Positions 21,801-31,313 are shown, numbered from the stretch's first letter. The stretch is 64,000 bases of DNA from Mayamaea pseudoterrestris (GCA_027923505.1 BROI01000009.1:186001-250000); one strand, 5' to 3'. The notes: generated from the letters alone by a model not told the origin. Numbers and translations: made by a program.

Positions 21801-23780
21801 TTCCTACTTGCTTACAACTGGAAGCGAAATCTCTTTAAAAATATCGTCTCAAGTCTTGTCGAGAAAGAGAAGCTGCGCTTTCGATCGGTGGAGTCGTCGG
21901 TCGATGCATTACAAAGGCACTGCTTAAAGGAAATTGCTCCGCGGTGCAATGCGTCCGTAGCTGCCTTGTCTCCCACAAGGAACTCTATGCCACATTCCAA
22001 CGAGAAAGACAAAGCCAAAGTGACAGAGCCAGTCACGGTAGCGAATGCGAAACCAGCCCGTCGAGCGACGAGACCATTATCGATACGACGTCCGAAGCTC
22101 ATTGGCGTCTCTGTTGAAGGTTCAGCGGCTAAAGCTTTGGCAGCTTCACGAGAGCGCGCTAGTTCGAAATTGTTTAGAGGTGGAGCGAATGCTGCTTTAT
22201 CCAAGAAAGAAGAACAATCGGCCATGGCCGTTAAAACGCCAATGATGACTGCGGTTGCATCAATGAATCCGTCAGCTAACCCGACGGAACTACAACAAAA
22301 AACCAAACAACACTTGCCGTGTCTATCGAATGTTCCGTGCCTGACGAGGACGCGTGCAAAGCAGCGTTTCGCTAGGACCTCGCACATTGCTGCACTTTGT
22401 TTATCAATGTCACGACAAAAACGTATCTCTCTCGACGAAGCTAGTTTTTTGTTTAATTTTGGTCCAGCGCCACTTTCTTGGTCGGAAGTCTTAGATGTTT
22501 TTGATCTTCCAGAAAACATAACATGTGCCCATCTTCTTTCTTTCGCAAAGGCTCTATGTGGATGGGTTGTTGACCTGCATATTGTAACCCCTTTGGACGC
22601 AGGTACCAAAGCCCAGAGTGAGTCCGTCGCTATCACTGGTGTTTTTAAACGAGCTCGGACATTTCGATGCCGGGTGATAATTCGCTTAACTTTGGAAGGA
22701 AGCCGGATTCGATCCTCCGGCAAGATTCTAACGCTAGACCGGAAGAAAATTGTTTTAAGACGTCATAAACAGCGCGAAATGGAGTCGATATCCTTAAATA
22801 CCTTAGCCGGCGACATGCACAGGGCTCTATCTCTGGATATTTTTGACTATTACTCCTCTATGGCAGAAGCTATGGTGAAGGCACCGGGGGAAGTCAGTGG
22901 ACGTGCTAACGCCATCTGCCTGATAAATTGGCTTAACAGTCACTTTGCTATGGGACGACGAGGAAACTACAAGATTTTTTACTGTTCTGCTGATACTGCT
23001 TCATATTATGATTCATTCATCGATGATTTTGGAACTGCGCAACTTTTCCGCTGGTTGTTTGCGAATCACAACAGCAACACGTTGCCATGTGGTGGTGATA
23101 CATTGCTCTTAACGCAGGAAGTTGTCATTCGCGGAACACGCTCTCTGTGCTTTTTATCATGCGATTCCTGCAAACCTGGAACGATGAAACTTCTTTTCCT
23201 GTGTCGGTCAGAAGGAAGAAACCTCTCCGAGTTGACATTTCGCGAAAGCTCATGCGTTGCTTCATCAATCAAAGACCAGATTGCGACCGACGGAGCAGGC
23301 TTAATGCTGCAAGAGCTCCGAAACGCCGCGACGAGGCTTCGGCTCCAACGTCTGTGGAAGGTACTTTCTGGCTCGTTGAATACAGAGCCTTCGCAGTTAG
23401 ATTTACAGGCAGTGTTAGAGCTCAGCTGCGTCAGGAGCTTGACAACTACTGTAACGGCGAACTTTGACGTGAAGCTTGCCGGCTCGTTGCTCGCTGGACG
23501 CAAATGGGGCCTTTTGCTCCGGGCATTGCAGAACGATCCTGCGTTTTCGCCTTCATATGAGCTGTTAAGGGGCGGAGCTTCTCGACAACGCCTCTTCTAC
23601 CTGCAATCTGCCGACATATTTGTTTCGTTGTCGAAGACAAGCGACGATGACATTATCAGCATTGACGCATTATATCAGGAGCATACTACGGAGGGAGTTG
23701 GCGTCACGGTTGCCCAAAGGGTGTGTAACTTTTTCATTCTTTTTCTCTGGAACGATTTGTTGCAAGAATGTCATGAATAG
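15828..23780 (+). CDS. SZT2: SZT2-like (KICSTOR scaffold) giant protein, 2650 aa, intronless
   Basis: vWA-like start RMAFVLDASP...IVVATDG; MRIKEGY and KRRTGVDGF segments; block PFTINNNRSHFVYKD...VFYMEL...LLVYGV..P...VTSQL..LIDKKL......LSSLLTKN resembling a recalled conserved SZT2 segment. Confidence 0.72.
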   Translation: MEASSSPPAPLSSIVGNAVILLSDWDRFGLEERSLYHFDLSHFASFADDLGASDDSANRHEEKVKERMDSNTRPCGFKYLLECVPKDVRLRSEQKRKLKSDVKALNSKKVKQTTICYQPMHLPLKISPTSAIYFTYETTRMAFVLDASPTLTSTFGYSQFQHDPACCPLDRLAGMACTFFESLVKPVRAPISAKKGIWRPLLAVSVVAVLPRQVSDAVPKTILLVRDFRVSDEVTARELAERIDFWVLTMVEQEIAHSLGRRSERSSFCDLGSVPSCTTLLKDLLHAGDAALNSLSSSARPMIVVATDGRAVVCDSSIEILSDVNRVDVPLVVLDLSSKESHISLHNLSQQGFPESTSTISRDPFVAIGDAFPLHYSDDTEAIYAICKATGGCFYDKTLLDEAATSLTGEVQSESDKFHDVFCSYKRHLLRINAVQWYTLFSLSPLTPTVGMQLARLAPPLYLRQKALKSKETDSSLKRKSENITGMDAIAITRNNLSVGLVHDKRKLITARSILATYFVNPVKIKSLLVMRIKEGYLIKQYGSSTFDSDKILIQFTLQADVGATILYELSYRALPGHRNKVGFAHIKIELYGEQSFLQKVKQDYLAPGELHSSSQVTAQKLSQSLCRLLHSVRRDDMLMPYLSPVRWGDHLSTSDTPFIRLLSSLTRIQKQRHFRVDTFDVVVAKNATIVSGSLTFGEDQLVRVLIHWATQTLPNGHSVVKHVISSAGLPVYCLVEIEKGAQCLFSVSVLTSGGTEVGLRLYLLSSLLQELRAKQESSVLKKMMSTSIVGMRLTKAHYSKYLEQQISRTSWNLDNDPELLPLLVKRRTGVDGFTLLEETGDVYCLLAKFLPSTARNSFFDEPGDLVQYEVHKSNDCFRVDIYMESESSKFRLRHPWLSDDLTPLIFTRMVDTLRTKDKACGRALQCRTTLKSLLDGAVIQDPWVYAKRLLKHAQRFSTKLRCFGTRRSGKADDILYALTRISLLNGCLGARVAGLSTGDGYNIPELPCQMNRPASWYFLEHALGTVSVAYLTSTISNDKSEAAPTFSYYDLVIFAVQVSNIYSRRDAMSGELSADAPAIPDSVLTFASHVERSHRLNISAAAYLALLNDEETFFEEDQVRQILQPLHFLNVCSLKTTACSELRALLAIKLRYVVDGLYFYNEETDLSPVVHQKIDDESDNFTLHSVADDETDSDDGEPPQVQSGRQDTFEGTLSTIAAYAPDPPLFARITGLEHDDGISRQVSIFLSVFDTSRSSLPDSHCRAANELSTLLNSFVAERTLERLRHQGQSISDGELRTVKSCLRQARNVALSCMELNVYVGTLDAMVAACAPVGCGREVEEAFTLMLSLLCRNDQLAFVPHAGGGFAILETEKTSSALAFFAFVEVNKAHQIIIQVHHPSGSNASAETLSMIRGLILAICLRTNQILLLKRLHVTRVASTLLIPNLPSTDLSASALNPIGTLAFSPGAFRCPMVFEYSFTVFYRCAASLPQIARAVKSTVLHPFTINNNRSHFVYKDESESVFYMELAPREDNQIVLLVYGVCEPCLSVTSQLTALIDKKLLQIAVDTLSSLLTKNSHYIWKDKDLEFVQKFEEVWTKVDLGREFNAPQERVYTFDGQLFDRGFLMLFFRQNLCGSSFFHVLNHASAALRTPLEDGTTDIPSLFFYNNAPATLDPKLQPNSTLTVEGAEYARMAGTGVAIIEVQFSTKTSDSVRESVSNHVSELPYPVLLPAVHAHDSTGIIGDHDLWVRVKVTSTALHRDAVHRWVKLTLDQVLLSSTIERHIELMQSRIAAPGVSTVAELSSNYEARRCNAIESVCPGLPLLEELLATESPHPGILKSIHLGLIRSSDVATVALDSVDLIISQLVRACSGNVNSHIWSHLSVVRILRGKKYQPCRVCWNDTREIMFEVSSHQLEGGKRMVDRSTENPEYLFAYSTPNVDDDDGLWASSLKLFKEVAISGNTLPGYPHERDPRAFRRSFAFILSVTRNRRFLLAYNWKRNLFKNIVSSLVEKEKLRFRSVESSVDALQRHCLKEIAPRCNASVAALSPTRNSMPHSNEKDKAKVTEPVTVANAKPARRATRPLSIRRPKLIGVSVEGSAAKALAASRERASSKLFRGGANAALSKKEEQSAMAVKTPMMTAVASMNPSANPTELQQKTKQHLPCLSNVPCLTRTRAKQRFARTSHIAALCLSMSRQKRISLDEASFLFNFGPAPLSWSEVLDVFDLPENITCAHLLSFAKALCGWVVDLHIVTPLDAGTKAQSESVAITGVFKRARTFRCRVIIRLTLEGSRIRSSGKILTLDRKKIVLRRHKQREMESISLNTLAGDMHRALSLDIFDYYSSMAEAMVKAPGEVSGRANAICLINWLNSHFAMGRRGNYKIFYCSADTASYYDSFIDDFGTAQLFRWLFANHNSNTLPCGGDTLLLTQEVVIRGTRSLCFLSCDSCKPGTMKLLFLCRSEGRNLSELTFRESSCVASSIKDQIATDGAGLMLQELRNAATRLRLQRLWKVLSGSLNTEPSQLDLQAVLELSCVRSLTTTVTANFDVKLAGSLLAGRKWGLLLRALQNDPAFSPSYELLRGGASRQRLFYLQSADIFVSLSKTSDDDIISIDALYQEHTTEGVGVTVAQRVCNFFILFLWNDLLQECHE

Positions 23781-24117
23781 ATATACAATACAATTTGTTC
23801 GCAAGAACTATAAGAGAACGCAGGGTGTCGCCACGTCGAAATCAAAACCAACCGAAGCGGCTACAAATAATGATGAACCTGCCAGAATCGCTGCCAGCCA
23901 GTCACCGCAGTTGTGGTACAAGTCAAGTAGCAAGGCTTGTAGCTAGAAAACGCAATAACTCCCAGTATTGGTGCATTTACCTGGAGTGTGGCAACAATTT
24001 GGTCATTGGTCTTGTTGCATTGCTACGATTGATGGACGCGTATATGCAAACAAAATCAGGTATTGCTCGACGACAAATGCTGCTATTAAATAGTGTTGAC
24101 TGCCATCTAATTATATC

Positions 24118-25160
24118 TTAAAACCCACCAAATAGATGAATGTGCTCCTGCGTCTTCGCCTTATAATATGCTGCCTTCTCTTCGTCGGCAGGCACCCCAT
24201 CGTCTCCGTGCGAATACATGACGGCGAGGTTGTGGCAGCTAGTCACATGCGAGCCCGACATGCATGCCTTCTCCAGTAAGACTCTTGCGCGTGTCGGATC
24301 TCGCGCAATAAAGTAGGCTTCATTGTCTCTCGTAGCGCGATTCTCCTCGTTCTCCCGGTGCATCAATGGTACTTCTCCTCGAGCCTCCTCGGGACTGACA
24401 TTGTCGGCAAACTTATTAACTCTGTCACCACGTAGAAGCATAGCTGCAAGAGTATAGCAGCTGATCGAGTCGCCAAGTTCGTCGCAGTTGTGTTGATATA
24501 GTTCTGTCAATAATGAGATAAACAAAGCGTTCGTTCGGTCGTGAGTTTTCATCATGCCAAGCCGAGTGATATAGCGTCGCAGGCCGTACCCATGGCTTTT
24601 TTAGGATCATGAGGAACTTTTCCTAAAGTATTTGGCCGAGTGCACAGTATCTGCGCTTGAAGGAAACACGCCCCGCCATGGCCACCTCGACAAGCCCGAT
24701 CAAACAGTTGGTATCCTTCAGTCCGATCAAATGCAATGTTTCCCTTGCCAGTCATTAGCATCTTTGCCAGATTGAAACACCCTGCCGGGTATGCCATTGT
24801 TCCATCAACCAGAACGCCATTGGGCGACTTGTCATTCTTCGGCCGAAAGCAAACGTTTCTATACAAGTCAGCCGCTTCCTTGTGTTTCCGTTCGAATAAA
24901 CTTAAATATTCCCCTGTAGCAAAACAAGCTACCATCGGACCCTTTCCTCTGTCGCACGCTTGCTTATAGTCTTCGACTTGCTGTCGCGACTCTTCGTCAA
25001 TGACATTCGGAAGTTCCGCTGCAATTCGATCAATTGCATCATACTCCTTGCCAGATGGTGATGGAAAGACTGATGAGCCGTCGTCGGAAGGCGGTGCCAG
25101 GATGGGTTCTTCCATAATTTTGGACGAAGAATTGTTGGACTGACTGTGAGCAGCTCCCAT
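24118..25160 (-). CDS. Sel1-like repeat, Cys-rich protein (COA7/HcpC-like); exons 25160-24590 and 24503-24118
   Basis: Repeated AC..G....C helical units (FDRACRGGHGGAC, LEKACMSGSHVTSCHNLAVMYSHGDDGV); 86-nt GTACGG...GACAG intron restores the frame. Confidence 0.8.
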
Positions 25161-25489
25161 AATAAAAGCTCCTCTTGTGCGATCGAGTGTTGTAGATTGT
25201 CACTCCTACTAACAGTGAAGAATACTGGAGTACTAATGTATGTTATGAGCGAGAGCGGACGATTGTCATCATGATGTTTGTCGCGCTTCGACGATGCATG
25301 ATGGTGAGTCAGTCGACCTTCTCCATTGACGTCCCAAATGTAGTGAAAAGTTAGTGAAAGATTAGTGAAAGCGCCTGTGTCGTGCTGCGACAACAGCAGT
25401 TTCTGGGGAAGCGTGATCCGACGACAAAAAATGGCGAACACCCGACCACTCCAGCTTCACCCGACCTTCCAGGAATTGCATGTTGTTAT

Positions 25490-26578
25490 ATGAACAAGTT
25501 GCTGTCATCGATTGTTGTTGTTCTTCTATCTTTCATTTCCGCTCCAATCATTCCGATCAAAGGCTTGCCGACTGCATCACTGGCACCCATGTCTGCTTCT
25601 CGCATCGCCGTAGGTCAGCTTCGAACGACGAACAGTAAAATCAAGTCCTTGATTGATGCGGGGTGCTGTGCACGCCTTGCGAAGGAGCATGGGGCAGTCA
25701 TGCTGTTTCTTCCGGAGAATTTTGGATTCATGGGAAAATCAACGGAGGAAACGATTGAGCAGGCAGAGTCAATGGCAAAAATAAAGGCGAATTCGCCAAC
25801 GGTGACACAAGCGATAAGAGAAACGTTAGCTCCATCGTACGTCACGCAGAAAATGTCATGCATCTCGACAAGCGGCAGCACCAACGACTCCATCTCACTC
25901 CTCGATGGTCTCAAGACGATTGCGGTGGAATCTGGCTTATGGATATCTGCCTGCATGCACACGGCGGGAGCGCCACCATCAGCGGTAGGAACGTCGCGCA
26001 TATACAATACACACTTCATTTTGGATGCGTCGGGAATGATACAAGCACATTACCACAAAATTCACCTGTTCGACGTGGCAATTACCGACCAAGTGGAGCT
26101 CCGAGAAAGCGCTAGTACGGCACCAGGCTCGCAAGTGGTTGTTTGCGACTCACCCATTGGGAGACTTGGTTTATCTACCTGCTACGACATTCGATTTCCA
26201 CAACTCTATGCAGAATTAGTAGACAAGGGCGCACAAATCTTGTTGGTGCCTGCGGCGTTTACGCCTGTCACGGGCAGGGCACATTGGCACTTGTTGCTGA
26301 GGGCACGTGCAGCGGAAACGCAATGCTATGTGGTAGCGGCGGCGCAGTATGGAGTCCACAATGAAAGGCGGATCAGCTATGGGCATTCGCTCGTGGTGGA
26401 TCCATGGGGCGTAGTTCTTGCGGATGCGGGTGGAATGGACTCATCGTTGGACGCAGCCGCAGCAGACGTTCCTGAGCCTCCCAGTGTGTTTTGCTGCGAC
26501 ATTGATGTCGAGAAGTTGCACCTTGTTCGACAACGGATGCCGGTGCAGAAACATCGGGCGAATGCCAACTACAAGTAG
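25490..26578 (+). CDS. NIT1: Nitrilase-family deaminated glutathione amidase (NIT1-like) with N-terminal signal sequence
   Basis: Catalytic triad motifs FLPE, YHKIHLFD and CYDIRFP; HWHLLLRARAAETQCYV; SYGHSLVVDPWG. Confidence 0.9.
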   Translation: MNKLLSSIVVVLLSFISAPIIPIKGLPTASLAPMSASRIAVGQLRTTNSKIKSLIDAGCCARLAKEHGAVMLFLPENFGFMGKSTEETIEQAESMAKIKANSPTVTQAIRETLAPSYVTQKMSCISTSGSTNDSISLLDGLKTIAVESGLWISACMHTAGAPPSAVGTSRIYNTHFILDASGMIQAHYHKIHLFDVAITDQVELRESASTAPGSQVVVCDSPIGRLGLSTCYDIRFPQLYAELVDKGAQILLVPAAFTPVTGRAHWHLLLRARAAETQCYVVAAAQYGVHNERRISYGHSLVVDPWGVVLADAGGMDSSLDAAAADVPEPPSVFCCDIDVEKLHLVRQRMPVQKHRANANYK

Positions 26579-26596
26579 CATGTGCATGTACCAATT

Positions 26597-27400
26597 TTAA
26601 TCATATTTACACACATATTCTCCATCCAGTATTCGTCGATGGAACTCAATGATGTTTGGCTGCTTCCATAGCGTCGACTTGACATTTCGTAGCTTACAAA
26701 ACCGGCGATTTAGCTCTTTTCGATCAACCATTGGATCCTTGTAAAGCATCCAGGCAAAGACGGCGGCTGCGGACCGACCATGGCCTGCTCGACAATGTAC
26801 GTAAACCTTTTCCCCTTGATCTCGGTGCTTTTGTATAAAGTCTACGGCTAGTTCCAAATGTTCAACGGTAGGAATGAAGTGATCTACGGTAGGAAGATGA
26901 AGATAGTCGCACCCCAACGCATCGTAACGTTGGATCGGACCATTGTACTCCTCGCACATGTTGACAATGCCGCTAACTCCGTAATCATGACGAAGTCGCT
27001 CGGGCCACTTCAAGAACCCAAACGGTGCTCCTCCAATAATGACAGTCTCGTCAATTACCGTCGTCCAACTGCCAACCCACAGGCGCCTGACAGCCGTGAT
27101 CGGTAAGGTCGGCCAAAAGAGCGCTCGACTGACAACAGCCGAGAGTGGCTGCGGGAGTAAAGCCTTTTGATTCAAAATATACAAGGCAACTGTGACACCG
27201 AGGAAGGTTTTGCAGGATGATTGCAGGAAGCGAGGCAGGGAAAAGACAGTGGCGTTCCACAGGCCGTCGGATTGGAATAAGGCAGCTGGAATTCGACTAC
27301 GCGTCTGGAAGTCATGGCGACTGTCATTCTTCTTTAAATTTGGATGAAACGCTCGCGTACTGCCAAAGGATAAGGCTCTGGGCTTTGTTTCGCGTGTCAT
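26597..27400 (-). CDS. PTPMT1: PTPMT1-like phosphatidylglycerophosphatase (dual-specificity phosphatase)
   Basis: LFWPTL, VNMCEEY, LPTVDHF and VYVHCRAGHGRSA active-site motif. Confidence 0.88.
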   Translation of the reverse strand: MTRETKPRALSFGSTRAFHPNLKKNDSRHDFQTRSRIPAALFQSDGLWNATVFSLPRFLQSSCKTFLGVTVALYILNQKALLPQPLSAVVSRALFWPTLPITAVRRLWVGSWTTVIDETVIIGGAPFGFLKWPERLRHDYGVSGIVNMCEEYNGPIQRYDALGCDYLHLPTVDHFIPTVEHLELAVDFIQKHRDQGEKVYVHCRAGHGRSAAAVFAWMLYKDPMVDRKELNRRFCKLRNVKSTLWKQPNIIEFHRRILDGEYVCKYD

Positions 27401-27696
27401 GCTTACGACTTTGCCAGAAAGAACCTACCAATATACGGAGGTGGAATTAGACAGTGAACCTATCGCGTCGAAGGTGCTTTCCCTCAACGTGTATCGCTGC
27501 GACAATGGCTTCCCCGCCATCATCAGTTGCGTATCAAACCACATACCGGTACGAGTGCATTACTATGTTGTACTCCTACCGGTGGGGTTAATTATCTACT
27601 TGGTGTCAAGCGGTAAGATCGGATGCAGTTTCATGCTTAGATTTTAGCTAGAAGATATCTACGTCCATCAACCACGTCCATACAGTACCGGTAGTT

Positions 27697-29052
27697 TCAT
27701 TGCCATCCAATATAATCTGAATCATGCGCCCATATGATGCATTGGCCGTCGTACCCGGCTGTGGATACTACTGAAGAATGTTCAGGATGCGTTGCAATCG
27801 CACACACGGGTCGACAATGCCCTTGGAGCTTTTGTACAACAGTGGCCGAAACCAAGTCATACAAAATTGCTGATCCGTCCTCCGACCCCGATACGATTGT
27901 GGCATCGTCACTCGACAAGCTGCATCTCAAGCCGAAGTGCCCAGCAGTGTGACTTCCACTGTAGGTATTGAGTAGGTCGCCATTGTCAAGTTCAATGAGG
28001 CGAATAGCGCCATCCAAGCAGGAAATGGCGAGACAGAGGCCGTCAAAGGTTGGTGACATGCCAGTGACGGGACTATTCATACAGTCCGTCCGGATGACCC
28101 CCATTCGCAGGTCATACGATCTAACGTGTCCATCCACCGACGATGCGCGAATGACAGCATGGTCGGATGTAGCAACAACGTGCAAGTCCGTGACCGAATC
28201 CTTGGCATCCTTCAATGTTTGAATCGGCTCGTTGCTTCGACTCCTTCCGTCCCAAATCTTGACCATTGCATCGTAGCTTGCCGACATGTAGGTATTTGCA
28301 CTTGGTCCAAAGGCAACTGCGTTAATACGGCCAAAGTGTTGTCCCTGAAAGCGTCGGAGTGGTTTCGTAGACAAAACGTCGTATAGGACCAGAGTCTTGT
28401 CAGAGGCCGCCAAGAGGCAAGCTGAATTCTCATCATGTATGGCAAGAGCAGAAACTGGATGAGCCATGCCATCTCGATAGGTTTGGACAGGAAGCGCTTG
28501 TGGGAGCAATCGCGGTGGCACCTTGTCCATGGCTGGTGAGGCACCTCCAAGGTGACATGAGAATGGCCGCGGAGGAGGAGGAAAGGCAGGATCGAGACGA
28601 GCCGGGTTCCACAGGCGGACAGTGCAATCCGCGCCAGCTGTCGCACAATATTTTCCAGACGCTATGAACAAGATAGAAGGTGATGTCATGCATGGGTGAT
28701 GGGTGATAGTAGACTGCACAAAATGACAAATAACGAGTAAAATCAAACAAACAAGCCGTGAAATCTCAGCTCAAAGTGAAGGAATATGATATCTCTAGTG
28801 GTCGTCCTTTGACTAAATTTGAGTCATTCAGTCCAAGCGCGAGAATATCTTCATCATTGATTTATCGCTTGTAATGTTGTCCGTCCGTCAGTGATGCACC
28901 ATGTCGGCTGTCGGCTGACACACGCAAGCCTCTGCTCATTCCATTATCATACCTGTAAAACTCACAGCTTGAATCGGTCCTTCATGTCCAACAAGTCGAG
29001 CCACAGGCAAAGAAGGAACGTTGTGAGGAACCTTTGCGTAACATGCCTCCAT
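27697..29052 (-). CDS. WDR83: WD40 protein WDR83/MORG1; exons 29052-28953 and 28661-27697
   Basis: GHEGPIQAVSFT|ASGKYCATAGADCTVRLWNP, SASYDAMVKIWDGRSRSNEPIQTLKDAKDSV and SVDGHVRSYDLRMG; 291-nt GTATGA...CATAG intron. Confidence 0.9.
28761..28863 (-). ncRNA. Intronic box C/D snoRNA with two LSU rRNA guides (U36a/SNORD36/snR47-like)
   Basis: Minus strand: AAATC-a-ATGATGA (C box)...CGCGCTTGGA-CTGA (D')...TTCCTTCACTTTGAG-CTGA (D)-GATTT. It has a 5-bp terminal stem, and both guides are complementary to the conserved LSU segment GUCAAAGUGAAG...CCAAGCGCG. Confidence 0.88.
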
Positions 29053-29253
29053 GGATCGATCCAAGCCTGAAGAACAAGGTAAAAATATGCGGCTGAGCGT
29101 CGCGAGATGGTTCACAGCCAATCAAATTGCTTATTCAGATGCCGGTAAGACAAACCACGCATTGGTTAACCCCCATGAGGGCTTATATGAAAAAAACTAG
29201 GGTTTGATAACAGCCGCATCACATGCAATCGTGTTAAGCATAACTAACTAATT

Positions 29254-30927
29254 ATGCCTTTCAAGACGTTTCTCACGCGACACTCCGAACATGGCGTTCC
29301 TTTTCGTTCATTCCGTCCTGCACGTTTGAGTGCTGCTTGCCTTAAACTGTCGAAGATGACGGACGACACGATCCAGTTAGATGGCGATTGTGAGATGACA
29401 CTCTTGCAAGAGATTGTCGTTGTGGAAGGACCCCTAAAAGAGGAAGCAAGAAGAAAGCGCTCCAAACTGTCATGCGTCGAAGCGACTACGAATGCTATGG
29501 ATGTCTTGCCCTATGAGTTAGAGGAGCCGTCCTATTACAATTTACTACGTGACAATCTTTCATTTCGACTCTTCTTTGCATCATACACGGCCAGTCATCT
29601 CGGCGAATGGCTCACATACCTTGCCAGCATTGCCGCATTGGAGCACGCGAATGATGATCCACAGGGATTAAAGAAAACCATGATTGGCGTCTTGATCATT
29701 GTTCGACTACTCCCTAACGTCATTTTGGCGCCGTTTGGAGGCGTATTGGCAGATGGAAGGGACCGACGACAAAGCATGGTGGCATTGGATATCGCTGGGG
29801 CGTTTGTTGGTGGAATATTCATTTTTGCAATGCGACAGAAATCAGTCCTTCTCATTTACGTGGCCACATTTGTGCAGCAGTGCTTAGCTGGCCTCTACGA
29901 GCCGTGTCGTTCAGCAATTGTTCCGCTGCTTGTGTCGAATGAAAATGATTTGAAAATGGCCGTGACCATCAATGGACTGACATGGAGCCTCGTCGCGGCA
30001 ATCGGATCGTCGCTCGGCGGTGTCTTGGTTTCCTCGCTTGGATTACAAGCGTGCTTCTTCATTGACAGCTTTACCTACATGATTAGCGCTCTGCTCATGT
30101 ACAGGATTCCAGGAGCTTTTACATTCGCTGAAGACAATGGGGCAAGCATACGACTTACGCCAGCCGCGCTTTGGAGGCAGGTTAAGGACATGCTCATTAT
30201 AGGCGTTCATTACGTATGTACCTCTTTCTTTGGTGCATTGGTGCTGGTTAAAGCATCTGCTGCAGTCGTATATGGCGGTTGCGACATTTTAAATGTTTCG
30301 TTTAGCGAACGAGGTGATCCAGAAGGAATGTCATCGCGTTTGGGGGTTCTCTTTGGGTTTGTTGGTGTCGGGTGTCTCGTCGGGCCACTCATGTTTGATC
30401 CTTTTACGGACATGGAGAATCCAAAGGGCCTGCAAGTCGCTTGTATCTTAGCCATGGCCTTGACATCGTTTGGCGCGGTGCTCATGGGGGCGTGTCATCG
30501 ATACTTTTGGATGACTTGCATATTCACGGCTGTGCGATCGGCAGGATCATCAGTACTTTGGATCAACTCGTCACTGCTACTGCAGAAGTTTACTGACGCT
30601 GAACTTTTTGGTCGAGTCACGTCTATTGACTATTCGTTGGCATTATTGTCGGAAGCAATATCTGCTTACGCTGCAGGCGCGATTTTGGATCAGTCTGAGC
30701 TGCAACCGGAGGAAGTGAGCGTCAAGCTTGGAATAGTGGGATGTTTCTTTACTTCGTGCTGGGTATTTTACCACTTTGCGGGTGGTGGAGCTGCCGGCTA
30801 CGTCGTTATCTGCGGGGATCGCGATGAAAAGGCTGCTGCGTCCTCGACGGAGGTTTCTGTGGCTTCTGAACTGAGTCATTTGATGGACGATGACGATGCT
30901 GGAGGGAGCGTATGTAGAGGTTGGTGA
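29254..30927 (+). CDS. Major facilitator superfamily transporter (alternative start 29356)
   Basis: About 12 hydrophobic helices; motif A GGVLADGRDRR; FRLFFASYTASHLGEWL. Confidence 0.85.
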   Translation: MPFKTFLTRHSEHGVPFRSFRPARLSAACLKLSKMTDDTIQLDGDCEMTLLQEIVVVEGPLKEEARRKRSKLSCVEATTNAMDVLPYELEEPSYYNLLRDNLSFRLFFASYTASHLGEWLTYLASIAALEHANDDPQGLKKTMIGVLIIVRLLPNVILAPFGGVLADGRDRRQSMVALDIAGAFVGGIFIFAMRQKSVLLIYVATFVQQCLAGLYEPCRSAIVPLLVSNENDLKMAVTINGLTWSLVAAIGSSLGGVLVSSLGLQACFFIDSFTYMISALLMYRIPGAFTFAEDNGASIRLTPAALWRQVKDMLIIGVHYVCTSFFGALVLVKASAAVVYGGCDILNVSFSERGDPEGMSSRLGVLFGFVGVGCLVGPLMFDPFTDMENPKGLQVACILAMALTSFGAVLMGACHRYFWMTCIFTAVRSAGSSVLWINSSLLLQKFTDAELFGRVTSIDYSLALLSEAISAYAAGAILDQSELQPEEVSVKLGIVGCFFTSCWVFYHFAGGGAAGYVVICGDRDEKAAASSTEVSVASELSHLMDDDDAGGSVCRGW

Positions 30928-31313
30928 GTTTTAACTTGTCTTTGCTATGTTAGGATGCAGTTTAACGTGAATAATGTGTTAAGCCGCGCGACGAACCGCG
31001 CAAACTACAAGCACCAGGAATCAAAGTAGCAGGCCAATAAGAGGTCCAAATTGCTGTTACGAGCAGCCAGCCTGCCAGCTACTTAGGTTGATAAGCTGTT
31101 GAAAATTCATTCGAGCACACATTGTACCGGTACATGCTAGTATATATATTATATACTTCACGAACAGTTTACAGTTAGTGCCGTCCCCGTCAGGCACGAT
31201 CCGTAGTGTGTGTCGCTCCGTTATTTAAATGCATGCAATCCTTTTCGTCGATCGCTAGCGCGGTTGATGGATCTTCGCACGACCATGAACCATCAATGCT
31301 GCAGCCTTTAACC

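Noticed and set aside
21812..22723. 303-aa antisense ORF and similar nested ORFs in the track
   Set aside because: Antisense shadows of long real genes, with no independent motifs.
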